Shown one piece after another: positions 51,001-63,370 of a DNA stretch of 64,000 nucleotides. A program made the position numbers and the translations under genes. Source of the stretch: an uncultured Pseudomonadota bacterium. GTDB taxonomy: Bacteria; Oederibacteriota; Muellerivitia; Muellerivitales; Muellerivitaceae. Each line of letters opens with the position of its first letter. The first letter of the stretch is position 1. Location: the NCBI GenBank assembly GCA_963843375.1, contig CAWJKT010000015.1:68305-132304 (forward strand), written 5' to 3'. The notes under the pieces were generated by a model. That model did not search any database and was not told where the DNA came from. It saw nothing but the letters and a program-made list of their open reading frames with translations.

Positions 51001-52735
51001 CACACCCACGTTTGTTTCGGTGGGTTCAGTCGCGGCTCCCGTTTCCTATTTTGAGGACACCGGTTTTGTTCCCGGATATGTAAATTATTATCAAGTCGTG
51101 GCAAGTAACACGGGATTAGGGATCAGCGCAAATCCGGCTGTTTCGGCCCAATTAGGGGTCACCCTTTGGCCCGAACCACCCAATTTTACATTTACAGGGA
51201 ACGCCACATCGGTAACCCTGTCCTTTGCCACCCCAACGGGCAATAACGTTGCGATATCGGGGTATGACATCTACCGCAGCCTTTATCCAACCACTACTCC
51301 CAACCCAACCCCTTATGCTCAAATCACTCCGCCCATTTCGACTTATTCGGATTCGGGAGTCAGCACGGGGACGGCTTATATTTATTGGATGGATGCTCAA
51401 AACTCCCAGGGGAATAGCGGTTATTCCGCGCCACAAAGTTTTATTCCTGTTCCGGTGCCGACCCTGTACCTGACTCCGCTTCCTGAACGAAATCAGCTTT
51501 TTTGGGCTCCCATAACGGTGGCAACGGCAAGTCCCGTGACCGGATATGCCGTTTACCGTGCGGCCGTTCCGACACCAAGCTTGACACCGAATTTCGCTCA
51601 AATAGGCTCGATCGTGGAGCCTATTTCTAATACTAATTATGTTGATACGACTGTCACCGATGGGGTTTCTTATATTTACGAGATCGCCCCCAGTTCACAA
51701 AATAATATGCTTGGTCCCTTTTCAAATACCGTTACCCAATATGTTTATCCCCAACCGGTGACCAACTTCATCGCCGTTTCGGGGGATGATTTGGTCCAAC
51801 TGCGGTGGGCTTACCAGGGAATCGCCAGCAATACGGTTTACATCCAGCGGAAGTTGGGGCCGGCCCCTGGATCTACTTTCCAAACCATCACAACTGGATA
51901 TCAGGGCGTGAATTTCACGGATACAGGTGTTGTCGACAAAAACTTTTATATTTACCATATTTATTCCGTGGATGCCCTGGGACTGACCTCAACTTCTTAT
52001 GCGTCGGCTATTGCTTTGCCGGCAAAGCCACCAATACTCCAAATTCCCTCGGGTGCGACCGGGCCGCCAGTGACATTGACCCAGAACGCAAGCAACGCGC
52101 AAACTTTGATTGGAAATACACTCTCCTGGGGAGGGGCCGATCTAACGGGCTTCGACCCGACCACCATGTATCCATTGGGGGGATACTCTATTTCAAGGTC
52201 ATCGGATGGTGGAGGGGTTTATCAAAACATTGCCATCGTTCCGGTTACTTTTGTGAACGGACTCCCCACGGCTGCCGCAAATTACTTCGATCAGGTTCCT
52301 TTGATCAATGGTTCGGCTTATACTTATTTAGTCCAAGCCTTTGACAATCCTCCTAACCTTCCGGTAGGGTTTTCCGAAGCCGTGACGGAGGGGTTGGTCC
52401 ACCTCAGTACTTACAATCCAGTGACGGGTTTCCCCATTAGTCCCAATACAGCGTTGGACCGAAACGCAATCCATCCCACAATCGCTAATGAAAATTCCGT
52501 AAATATCCGTTTTATAGTCACCACTCCTGGCAACGTGACGATCAAGGTCTACACCTTGGACGGGACTTTCGTTATGCAACTAGTGAATCAGTATTATTCC
52601 CAGCCAGGTATTTTTTGGACAAATTGGAACGCCCACAATATGTTCGGAAACCTTGTGGCGTCAGGGGTTTATCTCATTACCACGGAATCTCCAGGTGGGC
52701 ATCAGGAATTTGAAAAAGTAGCGGTTATCAAATAA
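48064..52735 (+). pseudogene. ~1,550-aa secreted protein with at least 10 FN3-like modules and a T9SS-type (Por_Secre_tail / FlgD-Ig-like) C-terminal domain; at least 10 frame disruptions in its first ~1.4 kb
   Basis: Signal-peptide-like start (..RRQAWMFSMFLLIFIQSV..VSAQA). Recurrent modules P..V..L......V.L.W.......GY.(I/V)YR.....P...F..I......Y.D......Y.Y.V.A. T/P-rich linker (TPTFTNSPTITPTITSTPTG..). C-terminus NSVNIRFIVTTPGNVTIKVYTLDGTFVMQL...WNAHNMFGNLVASGVYLITTES..GHQEFEKVAVIK. The 5' coordinate is approximate. Confidence 0.6.
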
Positions 52736-52946
52736 TCGTAAAATAAGCGATGATTGTTCAACGGGTTATTCCTTCATTTGGAACTGGCATGGAGGCTTTG
52801 ATTCCCACTGCCTTAAGCACCAACCGGAAACTTTACAAAGCCGGGTTCATCGGGTTTGGTGCCATTGTTTCTAGCCGAACGCCACGGCATTTCAGTAATT
52901 CGTTATGTTGAATTCTCAATCTCGAATTATATTTGCCCTTATGTGA

Positions 52947-54024
<1,078 letters not shown>

Positions 54025-54042
54025 AGCCTTTCTGGGGGGAAT

Positions 54043-54468
54043 ATGCATCCAGTAGTTTGGTGGATAGCGACGGCGGTTGTTTTTTTTATTCTGGAATTAA
54101 CAACCGCTTCTTTTTTCTTCCTTTGGATTGGCGCTGGTGCCGTTGTAACAGCCCTCTTGAGTCTCTTTGTCTCCACGGCCTGGATTGAATATGCGACCTT
54201 TGCTGTATCTTCCATTCTCTTGGTTATCTCAAGCCGCCGCTGGGCCCCCCGTTTTTCTGGAAAAATTCAGCGTCTCTCCAATATCGACGCCTTAATCGGC
54301 CAAAAAGCCATCGTAACCAAAGTCGATGACCATAATTTGCTCATGGGTTACGCGAAAGTAGACGGGGAAATTTGGAAAGCAGAATCCGAAGATCAGGGGC
54401 CCTTGAAAGTTGATGCGAAAGTAAGTGTTGTTGCTGTGAAAGGAAATGTTTTAGTCGTTAAAATTTAG
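54043..54468 (+). CDS. NfeD-family membrane protein
   Basis: Three N-terminal TM helices plus a C-terminal OB-like domain (LIGQKAIVTKV...GYAKVDGEIWKAES...G..V.VVAVKGNVLVV). It precedes an SPFH gene. Confidence 0.7.
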   Translation: MHPVVWWIATAVVFFILELTTASFFFLWIGAGAVVTALLSLFVSTAWIEYATFAVSSILLVISSRRWAPRFSGKIQRLSNIDALIGQKAIVTKVDDHNLLMGYAKVDGEIWKAESEDQGPLKVDAKVSVVAVKGNVLVVKI

Positions 54469-54492
54469 CGATCATTTGAAAGGAGTTCTTCC

Positions 54493-55419
54493 ATGGATTT
54501 CATCGCGGGCCCGGCCCTATTTGTTCTCGCTGTTTTGGCCTTGATCTACGCTTTTCGCGCCATCCGAATTGTCAGGCAATATGAAAAGGGGTTGATCGAA
54601 AGGTTTGGAAAATATACCCGTACCGCCGATTCGGGTCTTACGATCCTAATACCACCTTTTGAGAAAATGAAGAAAGTGGACATGCGGGAGCAATTCATTA
54701 GTGTTCCGCCCCAGGAAGTCATCACAAAGGATAATGTGGTGGTGACTGTTGACGCGATCATTTATTTCCACGTAACGGACCCTTTTAAGGTCGCTTACAA
54801 CGTGCTTTATTTCGAACAATCGGCCATGAAATTGGCTCAAACCAATCTTCGCAATACTATTGGGGAATTGGCATTAGATGAAACCTTGAACAGCCGTGAG
54901 CGGATCAACACCCAGCTCAGGGAGGTGTTGGATGAGGTGACGGATAAGTGGGGTGTAAAGGTGACCCGGGTGGAAATCCAGAAAATCGATCCTCCGGCGG
55001 ATATTGTCAATGCCATGAGTGCCCAAATGAAAGCAGAACGGACTAAACGAGCCGCCATTATTGAGGCGGAGGGTGTCAAACAGGCCGCTATTACGCGCGC
55101 TGAAGGTGATAAGCAATCGGCCATCTTGAAAGCTGAAGGTGAAGCCGGAGCCATTCAAAACGTGGCTACGGCTAATAAATTTCAGAAGATTGCCTTGGCC
55201 GAAGGAGACAGTCAAGCCATATTGACCGTGTTCAAGGCCATTCACGACGGCAACCCAACCCAGGATCTTTTGGCCTTGAAATATATGGAGATGCTGGGCA
55301 ACGTTGCGAATGGACAGGCCACCAAAATTTTCCTGCCTTTGGAGGCTTCCGGAACCTTGGGCGCCCTCAGCACGATCGCCGAAGCCTTTAAGACAGACCT
55401 AAAACCAAAATCCAAATAA
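54493..55419 (+). CDS. SPFH/band-7 (stomatin/prohibitin-like) protein
   Basis: N-terminal TM anchor, then [16 protein letters not shown]..., [14 protein letters not shown] and a coiled-coil AE-rich tail. Confidence 0.85.
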   Translation: MDFIAGPALFVLAVLALIYAFRAIRIVRQYEKGLIERFGKYTRTADSGLTILIPPFEKMKKVDMREQFISVPPQEVITKDNVVVTVDAIIYFHVTDPFKVAYNVLYFEQSAMKLAQTNLRNTIGELALDETLNSRERINTQLREVLDEVTDKWGVKVTRVEIQKIDPPADIVNAMSAQMKAERTKRAAIIEAEGVKQAAITRAEGDKQSAILKAEGEAGAIQNVATANKFQKIALAEGDSQAILTVFKAIHDGNPTQDLLALKYMEMLGNVANGQATKIFLPLEASGTLGALSTIAEAFKTDLKPKSK

Positions 55420-55457
55420 GCGTAATTTTAAACCAGCCAGTTCAGAAAGGAATGGGA

Positions 55458-56663
55458 ATGGCTTCTTACAATAAATTGACAGTTGAGGACTTAAATCCGT
55501 CTGGAAAAAGGGTTTTAGTTCGTGTTGACTTCAACGTGCCTTTGGATGAGAACTTGAAAATTACAGACGATACCCGTATCAGGGAATCATTGAAAACAAT
55601 TCAATATTTGTCTGACAAAGGGGCAAAGGTCATTCTTTGCTCCCATTTAGGAAGGCCGAAAGGAATCGATGAAAAACTTCGCTTGAAACCTGTGGCCGAT
55701 CGCCTCTCGGAATTATTAAAGAAGCCAGTGAAGGGCTTGCGGGAATCAGTCGGGCTGGAAGTTGAAAAGGAAGTTTCTTCCATGAAGAATGGCGATATTC
55801 TTCTCCTCGAAAATGTCCGCTTTCACGCCGAGGAAGAGAAAAACAATCCCGAGTTCGCAAAGAAACTTGCGGTCTTAGCCGATATTTATGTCAATGACGC
55901 TTTCGGAACAGCCCATCGGGCTCACGCCTCGACGGAGGGTGTTACTAGGTTTGTTTCCCAATCGGCTGCGGGGTTTTTGATGATGAAGGAAATAAAATAC
56001 ATGGGTGGGGCCTTGTCGAATCCTGCCCGACCTTTTGTTTCCATTATTGGTGGGTCCAAGATTTCGTCCAAGATCGACGTCATTAAAAATCTCATGAAAA
56101 TAGTGGACGTGCTCATTATCGGTGGCGGCATGTCCTATACCTTTTTGAAAGCCCGAAAATTTGAGATAGGTAAGTCCTTGGTGGAAAACGATAAATTGGA
56201 TTTGGCCAAGGAGTTACTTAGTCAATCAATAGACACGGATGTTCCTCTGCTCTTACCTATTGACCATGTCATTGCAGATAAGTTTGATGCCAAAGCTAAC
56301 GTGAAACTCGTCCCGCGAGGTGGAATCCTTCCAGACTGGGAAGGGGTCGATATCGGTCCCGCCACTGTTGAAAAATATGCTAATTTTATTCAGACCGCTA
56401 AAACCCTTTTTTGGAACGGACCTGTGGGTGTTTTTGAAATGGAACCTTTTGCCAAAGGAACATTTGCCATTGCTAAATTGTTGGCCGAGGCTTCAGAAAG
56501 GGGAGCCATAACGATTGTGGGTGGAGGTGATTCTGTTGCCGCCGTAACCCAAATGGGGTTGGCTTCAAAGATGTCCCATATTTCAACCGGGGGCGGAGCA
56601 TCTTTGGAATTCATGGAAGGAAAAGAACTTCCAGGGATTGTGGCCCTGACGGACAAAAAATAA
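55458..56663 (+). CDS. pgk: Phosphoglycerate kinase
   Basis: [21 protein letters not shown] and [10 protein letters not shown] motifs. Track start 55452; ATG 55458 has better RBS spacing. Confidence 0.95.
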   Translation: MASYNKLTVEDLNPSGKRVLVRVDFNVPLDENLKITDDTRIRESLKTIQYLSDKGAKVILCSHLGRPKGIDEKLRLKPVADRLSELLKKPVKGLRESVGLEVEKEVSSMKNGDILLLENVRFHAEEEKNNPEFAKKLAVLADIYVNDAFGTAHRAHASTEGVTRFVSQSAAGFLMMKEIKYMGGALSNPARPFVSIIGGSKISSKIDVIKNLMKIVDVLIIGGGMSYTFLKARKFEIGKSLVENDKLDLAKELLSQSIDTDVPLLLPIDHVIADKFDAKANVKLVPRGGILPDWEGVDIGPATVEKYANFIQTAKTLFWNGPVGVFEMEPFAKGTFAIAKLLAEASERGAITIVGGGDSVAAVTQMGLASKMSHISTGGGASLEFMEGKELPGIVALTDKK

Positions 56664-56682
56664 ATAAAAAGGATTTTATAAA

Positions 56683-57436
<754 letters not shown>

Positions 57437-57528
57437 GTGGAAACCAATTGAGGTTTCAAAGATTTATTGGCATATTGGGGTTGGTTTCATTTAAAATAAA
57501 CGAAATTTGAAAAGGTTAAAGGAGTTAC

Positions 57529-57933
57529 ATGAGCTTCTTCGTCACGCTTCTTTTCGTTTTGACAGCCATATTTTTGGTGGGAGTGGTTTTGATTCAACAG
57601 CCCAAAACAGCGGGAGGATTGTTTTCCGGAACGGGGCAAAGCCTTTTAGGAACCAGCGGTAAATCTTTTTGGACTAAATTCACCACTATTTTGGCTGGTT
57701 TTTTTATGGCGCTTTGCTTGTTGATGGCGAATTTGCCAAGATTTCAACAGCCGAAAAGTTCGGTTACGGACATCATTGAAAAGCAACAACAACAAGCTGC
57801 GCCAGCACCCGCGCCGGTAGGATCTTCTGCAGTTCCATCAGGCTCGAATTCTAAAGTTCCATCTAATCCCGCACCACAAAGTGTCCCAGGTGTTTCAAAA
57901 AATGTTGAGCCAATTTCTGGGAGTACAAAATAA
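57529..57933 (+). CDS. secG: Preprotein translocase subunit SecG with a long P/A/S-rich C-terminal extension
   Basis: Two TM helices flank LIQQPKTAGGLFSGTGQSLLGTSG. Located after tpiA, as is common. Confidence 0.8.
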   Translation: MSFFVTLLFVLTAIFLVGVVLIQQPKTAGGLFSGTGQSLLGTSGKSFWTKFTTILAGFFMALCLLMANLPRFQQPKSSVTDIIEKQQQQAAPAPAPVGSSAVPSGSNSKVPSNPAPQSVPGVSKNVEPISGSTK

Positions 57934-57980
57934 TTTCTTTTCAGACAAATAAATTAAATTGAGAAGGGCATGAAAACGAT

Positions 57981-59051
57981 ATGATAAGTGGAAGTAAATC
58001 TCGGGCGACTCTTAAACAAATAGCAAAGTTTTGCGGTGTTTCTCACACCACGGTTTCAATGGTCATTAACCAAAATCCCAGAATCTCAGCGGAGACTCGG
58101 GAGAAGGTTATGGCGGCAATCAAGAAATTTAATTATTACCCCAATGTGGCCGCTCGCAGCCTCGTGATGTCCCGAACCAATACCATCGGAATTTTTGGGA
58201 CCATGTTTGATTCTCCGTATTACAACGAGATCATCCGCGGTATTGAGATGGAATGCCGGCATGCCAACGTAGATTTGAAAATTTACAACTGCAATGGAAG
58301 CTTGGAAGATTTTAACGATTTCTATGATCGAATTTTGGGGGAAAGGCGTATTGATGGGGTTATCGCCTTATCCGTTCCGATGGAAGATGCGGTACTTGAA
58401 CGGTTTCAAACGGAGGAACTTCCTCTAATCATTCTCCAACCGGTTTCTATTGAAGGACCGAACCATCTTTTAGAAAAAATCCCAACATTACATGCGGAAG
58501 ACCGAAAGGGAATTTACAAAGCGGTCAATTACCTTATTTCACTTGGACACAAAAAAATCGGTTTTGTTAATGGCCCGGAGCATCTCAAAATTTGTCAAGA
58601 CCGATTGGCGGGTTATCGTGACGCTCTTCGGGACAACAACATCCCGTATCAGGAAAATCAGGTGGGATATTCCCATGTGAAACCCGACGCCTTTACAATG
58701 GATGCCGGTTACCAAGTTGCGAAGGAATTAATGGAAGGGTTTCCAGACTTAACCGCGATTTGCTGCGTTTCGGACACCATGGCCATTGGAGTGATCAAGG
58801 CAGTTCGTCACCGGGGTAAGTCAGTTCCAGAGGACATGTCGATCGTGGGATTTGATGATACCTATGTCGCCCGGTTGGCTGATCCCTCTTTGACCACACT
58901 TCATCAACCACTGCTCGAGATGGGAAAGGCTTCCGTGTCCTTAGCGCATGCCTTTTTGAACAAGAAACCTATTGAATATCTCCATCGAGGGTTTGATGTG
59001 GAATTAATTATTCGCGAATCCACTGGAAAGCCACGAAAATCCCCGAAATAA
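57981..59051 (+). CDS. LacI-family transcriptional regulator
   Basis: HTH TLKQIAKFCGVSHTTVSMVINQ plus a periplasmic-binding-protein-like core (VGFDD). Confidence 0.85.
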   Translation: MISGSKSRATLKQIAKFCGVSHTTVSMVINQNPRISAETREKVMAAIKKFNYYPNVAARSLVMSRTNTIGIFGTMFDSPYYNEIIRGIEMECRHANVDLKIYNCNGSLEDFNDFYDRILGERRIDGVIALSVPMEDAVLERFQTEELPLIILQPVSIEGPNHLLEKIPTLHAEDRKGIYKAVNYLISLGHKKIGFVNGPEHLKICQDRLAGYRDALRDNNIPYQENQVGYSHVKPDAFTMDAGYQVAKELMEGFPDLTAICCVSDTMAIGVIKAVRHRGKSVPEDMSIVGFDDTYVARLADPSLTTLHQPLLEMGKASVSLAHAFLNKKPIEYLHRGFDVELIIRESTGKPRKSPK

Positions 59052-59141
59052 AATTGAATTGAAACTCGTTTTTTTGAAACTTGGATTCCGTTATTCAATG
59101 CCTTTTGGAAATCCTTTTTACCAACCTGTTATAATATTTCG

Positions 59142-60740
59142 ATGAAACCAGGTCTTTCCCTCTTCTACCGAATCCTTTTATGTTTATTGAGCGGATCCCT
59201 CGTCTGTTTTTCCTTTCCGAATTTTATAGCAAGAACCCTAAACCCTCCCACGGCATTTTTGGGATGGTTTGCCTTGATACCCCTTTTCGTGGCCTTTAAT
59301 AAAACTTCCCCAAAGCAAGGGGCTTTCCTCGGGTGGTTTTTTGGATTTGTCCAATTCGGAGGAATCCTCTATTGGATTGCTTTTCTGGAAGCGGCCCAGT
59401 CGTTAAGTGGCTTAGCATGGTTTGCGTTAGTTTTATATTTGAGTTTTTATTTTTTCCTTTTCGGTTTGATATACCGGATCTTGGACAAGAAATCGGGATG
59501 GGGTGTTTGGAGCGCCCCTTTTCTTTGGGTGGCTTTGGAATACATTCGCGGAAGCCGTCCCTGGGGTGGCTTTTCGTGGGGAGAAATTGGTTATAGCCAA
59601 GCTCCGTATCCCTGTTTGTTGACCTTGACTTCCTTGGCCGGTGTTTATGGTCTCACTTTTATGATGGTTTGGTTTAATGCCTGGCTTGCACATTGGTTTG
59701 TTACTGTTTTGGAGGGCCCAACAGAAACCTCGAAAAACTCTTCATCCGTTAAATGGCTATCTTTTGCATTTCCCCTTTTAGTTTTGATGTTTGTCATTAT
59801 TTCCGGTGAAATTAAAATCAAAACTACCAAACAAAAAAAAGCTGGTTCGGTAGTTTTATTACAGCCGAGTATTGACCAGGATGTTAAATGGAGCAAAGCG
59901 AATGTGATCGCTACTTATAATAGAATCGAAAAGCTTGTAATGGGGACAACCCGCTTGCATCCAAGCTTGATCATTTGGCCGGAAACTGCGGCCCCCTCCT
60001 ATCTCTTACGAACTCCCCAAGACTTAAATCGTGTCGAATCGATCATTCGGCGGTCACATGATTCCAACCTAGTTGGTTGCCTTGACGCCCCAATAGAGAA
60101 AGATAGAGAAACCCATTATTACAACGCGGCAATTTACTTCACCCCGAACGGCAAACCCGAGGGTATTTATCACAAGCGTCATTTAGTGCCGTTTGGTGAA
60201 TTTGTTCCTTTCCAGAAATACCTTACTTTTCTGGGTCCCGTTGTGGGTGATTTGGGTAATTTTGATTCCGGACGAAGTTACGAAAAATTCAATGTTCCGG
60301 ATTTTTCTTTTACTCCCATGATTTGTTATGAAGTTATTTTCCCTGGAGATGTTTATCAGGCCTTTAGAAGTAATGCCGATGCCTTAGTGAATATCAGCAA
60401 TGATGCATGGTATGGGCGGACTGCTTCCGCCTATCAGCACGCAATGATGGCCGTGGTGCGGTCAGCAGAGGAAAGAAAACCGCTTTTAAGGGCCTCAAAT
60501 ACCGGGATATGTCTGGCGACCGACCCATTTGGAAGAATTCTTAATTCAACCCGGTTATTTGACGAGACAACCCTAGATGCGGATGTCTTTTTGATTGAAG
60601 ATTCCCCGACACTTTATTCACGATGGGGAAACTGGCTACCCTTGCTTTGTTGGGTGATGGTGATTTTCTTTTGGTTCCGGGTACATCAAAAGCCAAAACA
60701 ATCGGTAGCACGAATTGAGGTTAAAAGTTTTGACCCCTAA
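59142..60740 (+). CDS. lnt: Apolipoprotein N-acyltransferase
   Basis: Eight-TM N-terminal half plus a nitrilase-like domain with WPETA, YHKRHLVPFGE and ICYEVIFP (the E-K-C triad contexts). Confidence 0.9.
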   Translation: MKPGLSLFYRILLCLLSGSLVCFSFPNFIARTLNPPTAFLGWFALIPLFVAFNKTSPKQGAFLGWFFGFVQFGGILYWIAFLEAAQSLSGLAWFALVLYLSFYFFLFGLIYRILDKKSGWGVWSAPFLWVALEYIRGSRPWGGFSWGEIGYSQAPYPCLLTLTSLAGVYGLTFMMVWFNAWLAHWFVTVLEGPTETSKNSSSVKWLSFAFPLLVLMFVIISGEIKIKTTKQKKAGSVVLLQPSIDQDVKWSKANVIATYNRIEKLVMGTTRLHPSLIIWPETAAPSYLLRTPQDLNRVESIIRRSHDSNLVGCLDAPIEKDRETHYYNAAIYFTPNGKPEGIYHKRHLVPFGEFVPFQKYLTFLGPVVGDLGNFDSGRSYEKFNVPDFSFTPMICYEVIFPGDVYQAFRSNADALVNISNDAWYGRTASAYQHAMMAVVRSAEERKPLLRASNTGICLATDPFGRILNSTRLFDETTLDADVFLIEDSPTLYSRWGNWLPLLCWVMVIFFWFRVHQKPKQSVARIEVKSFDP

Positions 60741-61110
60741 AAAATCACCGAAACTCTTAAAAATTGCGTCGATAAAAGAACTCAAAAATGGACAATCCAA
60801 AAAATTCATTCTTCAACGTTCCGACCGTAAAACGAAAGCGTTTTTAATCAAAATAAACGATGATTATCACGCTTATTTAAATTTATGCCGTCATTGGACT
60901 GTGGGGTTGGATTTTGATGACAATGATTTTTTTTCGGAAGATTCCCAATGGATTATTTGTAAGAATCACGGGGCTCTTTACAATCCATCAACCGGCCAAT
61001 GCGAAAGTGGGCCATGTGGTGGTGTTTCTTTATATCGGGTCCCACTCGTGGAAAAAGACGGGTTTCTCTACGCCGATGTGATGAAGATCGACTGGGGCGA
61101 TGCGTTCTGA
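60715..61110 (+). CDS. Rieske [2Fe-2S] domain protein
   Basis: CRHW...(x)...CKNHG Rieske ligand motifs. Start uncertain; it overlaps the lnt 3' end. Confidence 0.6.
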   Translation: MRLKVLTPKKSPKLLKIASIKELKNGQSKKFILQRSDRKTKAFLIKINDDYHAYLNLCRHWTVGLDFDDNDFFSEDSQWIICKNHGALYNPSTGQCESGPCGGVSLYRVPLVEKDGFLYADVMKIDWGDAF

Positions 61111-61138
61111 GATCTTTTGTTGAGGGTAAAAATAATAA

Positions 61139-62201
61139 TCAGATGGGATGAAGCCCGCGGCGGGTTAGCCCGGTCGTTTCATCTAAACCGAACATGAGGT
61201 TCATGTTTTGAACCCCCACATGGGCTCCACCCTTGCCTATGCTATCCAATACGCTGAAAACCACGATCCGCCCCCGGTTTTCATCCACATCCAGTCCAAT
61301 GAAACAGAAATTTGTTCCGGAAACGCTGTTTACCCACGGATAAGGTTTGTATTGCCAGGAGGCGCCTTCTTCTTTGGGCAAATCGTAAAATTTCACGAAA
61401 TACTCGTTTTTATAAAATTCCTTATAAAGTTCTATTAGTTGCTTACGGGTTACTTTGTGTTTTGGGAAAGCATGGCAGATATCCAAAATCCCCCGAACTA
61501 TAGGGACATAGATTGGAGTAAAGCCAATTTTCACTTTTTTCTTAGTCTTAGAAAGAAGGCTCAATTCCTGTTCCGCTTCAAAGGTATGACGGTGTCCTGT
61601 TACGTTGTAGGGAATCAAATTATTGCCAATTTCAGCATGGTGCGCGGGCCGAGATAGGTCCGCCCCGATACCTGCAGTTCCGGAAAGTCCATCCACCGCA
61701 ATTTTATCCGTGTCAATAAGATTGGCTTTGACGAGCGGAGCCAAACCCAAAATTGCGGCGGAAGCAAAGCAACCGGGGTTGGCGATTACACGGGCATTTT
61801 TAATTTCATCGCGGTGTAATTCGGAAATCCCATAAACAGCTTCCTTGGCCAGGTTCCAACTTTTGTGTTTTTTATTGTAAACTTTTTCCCAAGTAGGGCG
61901 GTCGCTCAGGCGGAAATCCGCGCCCTAAGTCGATAACCTTAGCGCCTTCTTTTAAGAATTTGGGTGCTAATTCCATTGGGACACCGGTTGGAAGGGCCAT
62001 GAAAACGACATCGCAAGGAGTGGTTTGTTCAGGACGAATGAACTGAATTCCGGTACCAAATAAATTTGGATGGTAATCGGCGACTTGAGCTTCGCTGCGG
62101 CTGGTAGCCCAGGCGATTTCTACTTCGGGATGATCCATGAGCACGCGCAAAACTTCGCCACCCATATATCCTGTGGCGCCATAAATTCCGGCTCGAATCA
62201 T
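61139..62201 (-). pseudogene. argC: N-acetyl-gamma-glutamyl-phosphate reductase, one +1 disruption near 61923-61925 as given
   Basis: N-terminus IYGATGYMGGE lies in ORF 61872..62201(-). The segment holding the catalytic Cys, ..ANPGCFASAAILGLAPL.., is readable only in the third frame (61750-61915). The rest lies in ORF 61139..61750(-). Removing one C/G from the run restores a single ORF. Confidence 0.9.
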
Positions 62202-62275
62202 ATTATCCTCGCTTTTGAAGTGTCCATTGGTGAGGTTTGCAACCCTTTGGTATCCATGGATTTTCTGGTTGTAAT

Positions 62276-62351
62276 TGGCGACCCCAACGGGAGTCGAACC
62301 CGTGTTACCGGGATGAAAACCCGGTGTCCTAGGCCTCTAGACGATGGGGTC
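62276..62351 (-). tRNA. tRNA-Glu (anticodon UUC), CCA encoded
   Basis: The reverse complement GACCCCAUCGUCUAGAGGCCUAGGACACCGGGUUUUCAUCCCGGUAACACGGGUUCGACUCCCGUUGGGGUCGCCA folds as a cloverleaf. The 7-bp acceptor pairs GACCCCA with UGGGGUC, and the anticodon loop is UUUUCAU. Confidence 0.9.
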
Positions 62352-62623
62352 GACTAGATTTTTGAAAAAAGCCCTGGAAAAGAGAGCAAATTCTAGGGGA
62401 CGTGGCTTGGGAAGTCAAGAAAGGAAGGACCTAATTGGAATGAAATGCTAACCTTTATAACCGTAAAGAGATGAATTTTTGGGGTTGGGTTTTAAATCCA
62501 GAAAAATTTAGAAGTTGGATGATTCGGAAGGAAGTTGCCCATTATGATCGATTCACTCGAATCTTTGACACGGGAAAGGATTCTGTTTTACTATTTCACT
62601 GATAATTTATTTGGGAGGGCGAA

Positions 62624-63104
62624 TTGAAGAAAAAAAAAAAAAACGAAAACGATCGGCAAGACAGTTAAAAAAAATACCGGGATTACAAAAATTCATTTTG
62701 AAACGACTCGAGGAATCTTTACCACAGAAATTTTTTCAGACGTGAAAGCACACGCGGAAAATTTCATCAGTCTGGTATCCTCGGGTTTTTATGATGGACT
62801 CATCTTTCACAGGTATGAACCCAACTTCGTCATCCAAGGGGGCGATCCCACTGGAACCGGAATGGGAGGGTCGGGTAAAACGGTTCCGCTGGAAATCACA
62901 AGCCATCGACATGTAAAAGGAGCATTGGGAATGGCTCGCTCACAGGACCCTAACTCCGCCTCCTGCCAATTTTACGTTTGTTTGACTGACGCTCATTTTC
63001 TGGATAATGAATATACCGTTTTTGGTCAGGTGGTTGATGGCATGGATAACGTTTTGAAACTCAGAAAAGACGACAAAATGATTAAAGTAACTTTAATGAA
63101 ATAG
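62624..63104 (+). pseudogene. Cyclophilin-type peptidyl-prolyl isomerase; the N-terminal 39 codons are out of frame because of a ~14-nt poly(A) tract right after the TTG start
   Basis: FHRYEPNFVIQGGDPTGTG and the following residues lie in ORF 62742..63104. The same frame is open upstream (..TKIHFETTRGIFTTEIFSD) back to the A-run but contains no ATG/GTG/TTG. GGGAGGG + TTG 62624 is one frame off. Confidence 0.8.
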
Positions 63105-63370
63105 ACAAGACACGGTTGTATTTGTTTTGAGAAACTATGATTTTTTTTCAAATGGGAGTGGATAATGTTTCGTAGGTTTGACTTGTTTCAATTATGCGGA
63201 TTGGGGCAGGGGGCTGCGCTGTAAAGGCCGATACTAACGGACTGTTGTGATAACATGATGGAAATGCCTTGATGAAAGTAAGTAATTGATCAAAAGTTAT
63301 TGAAACTCTAGGTGGAGTAACGATTATAATGATCACTGAATTTACTATTCGAGAATAGGGGCGAAATTAA

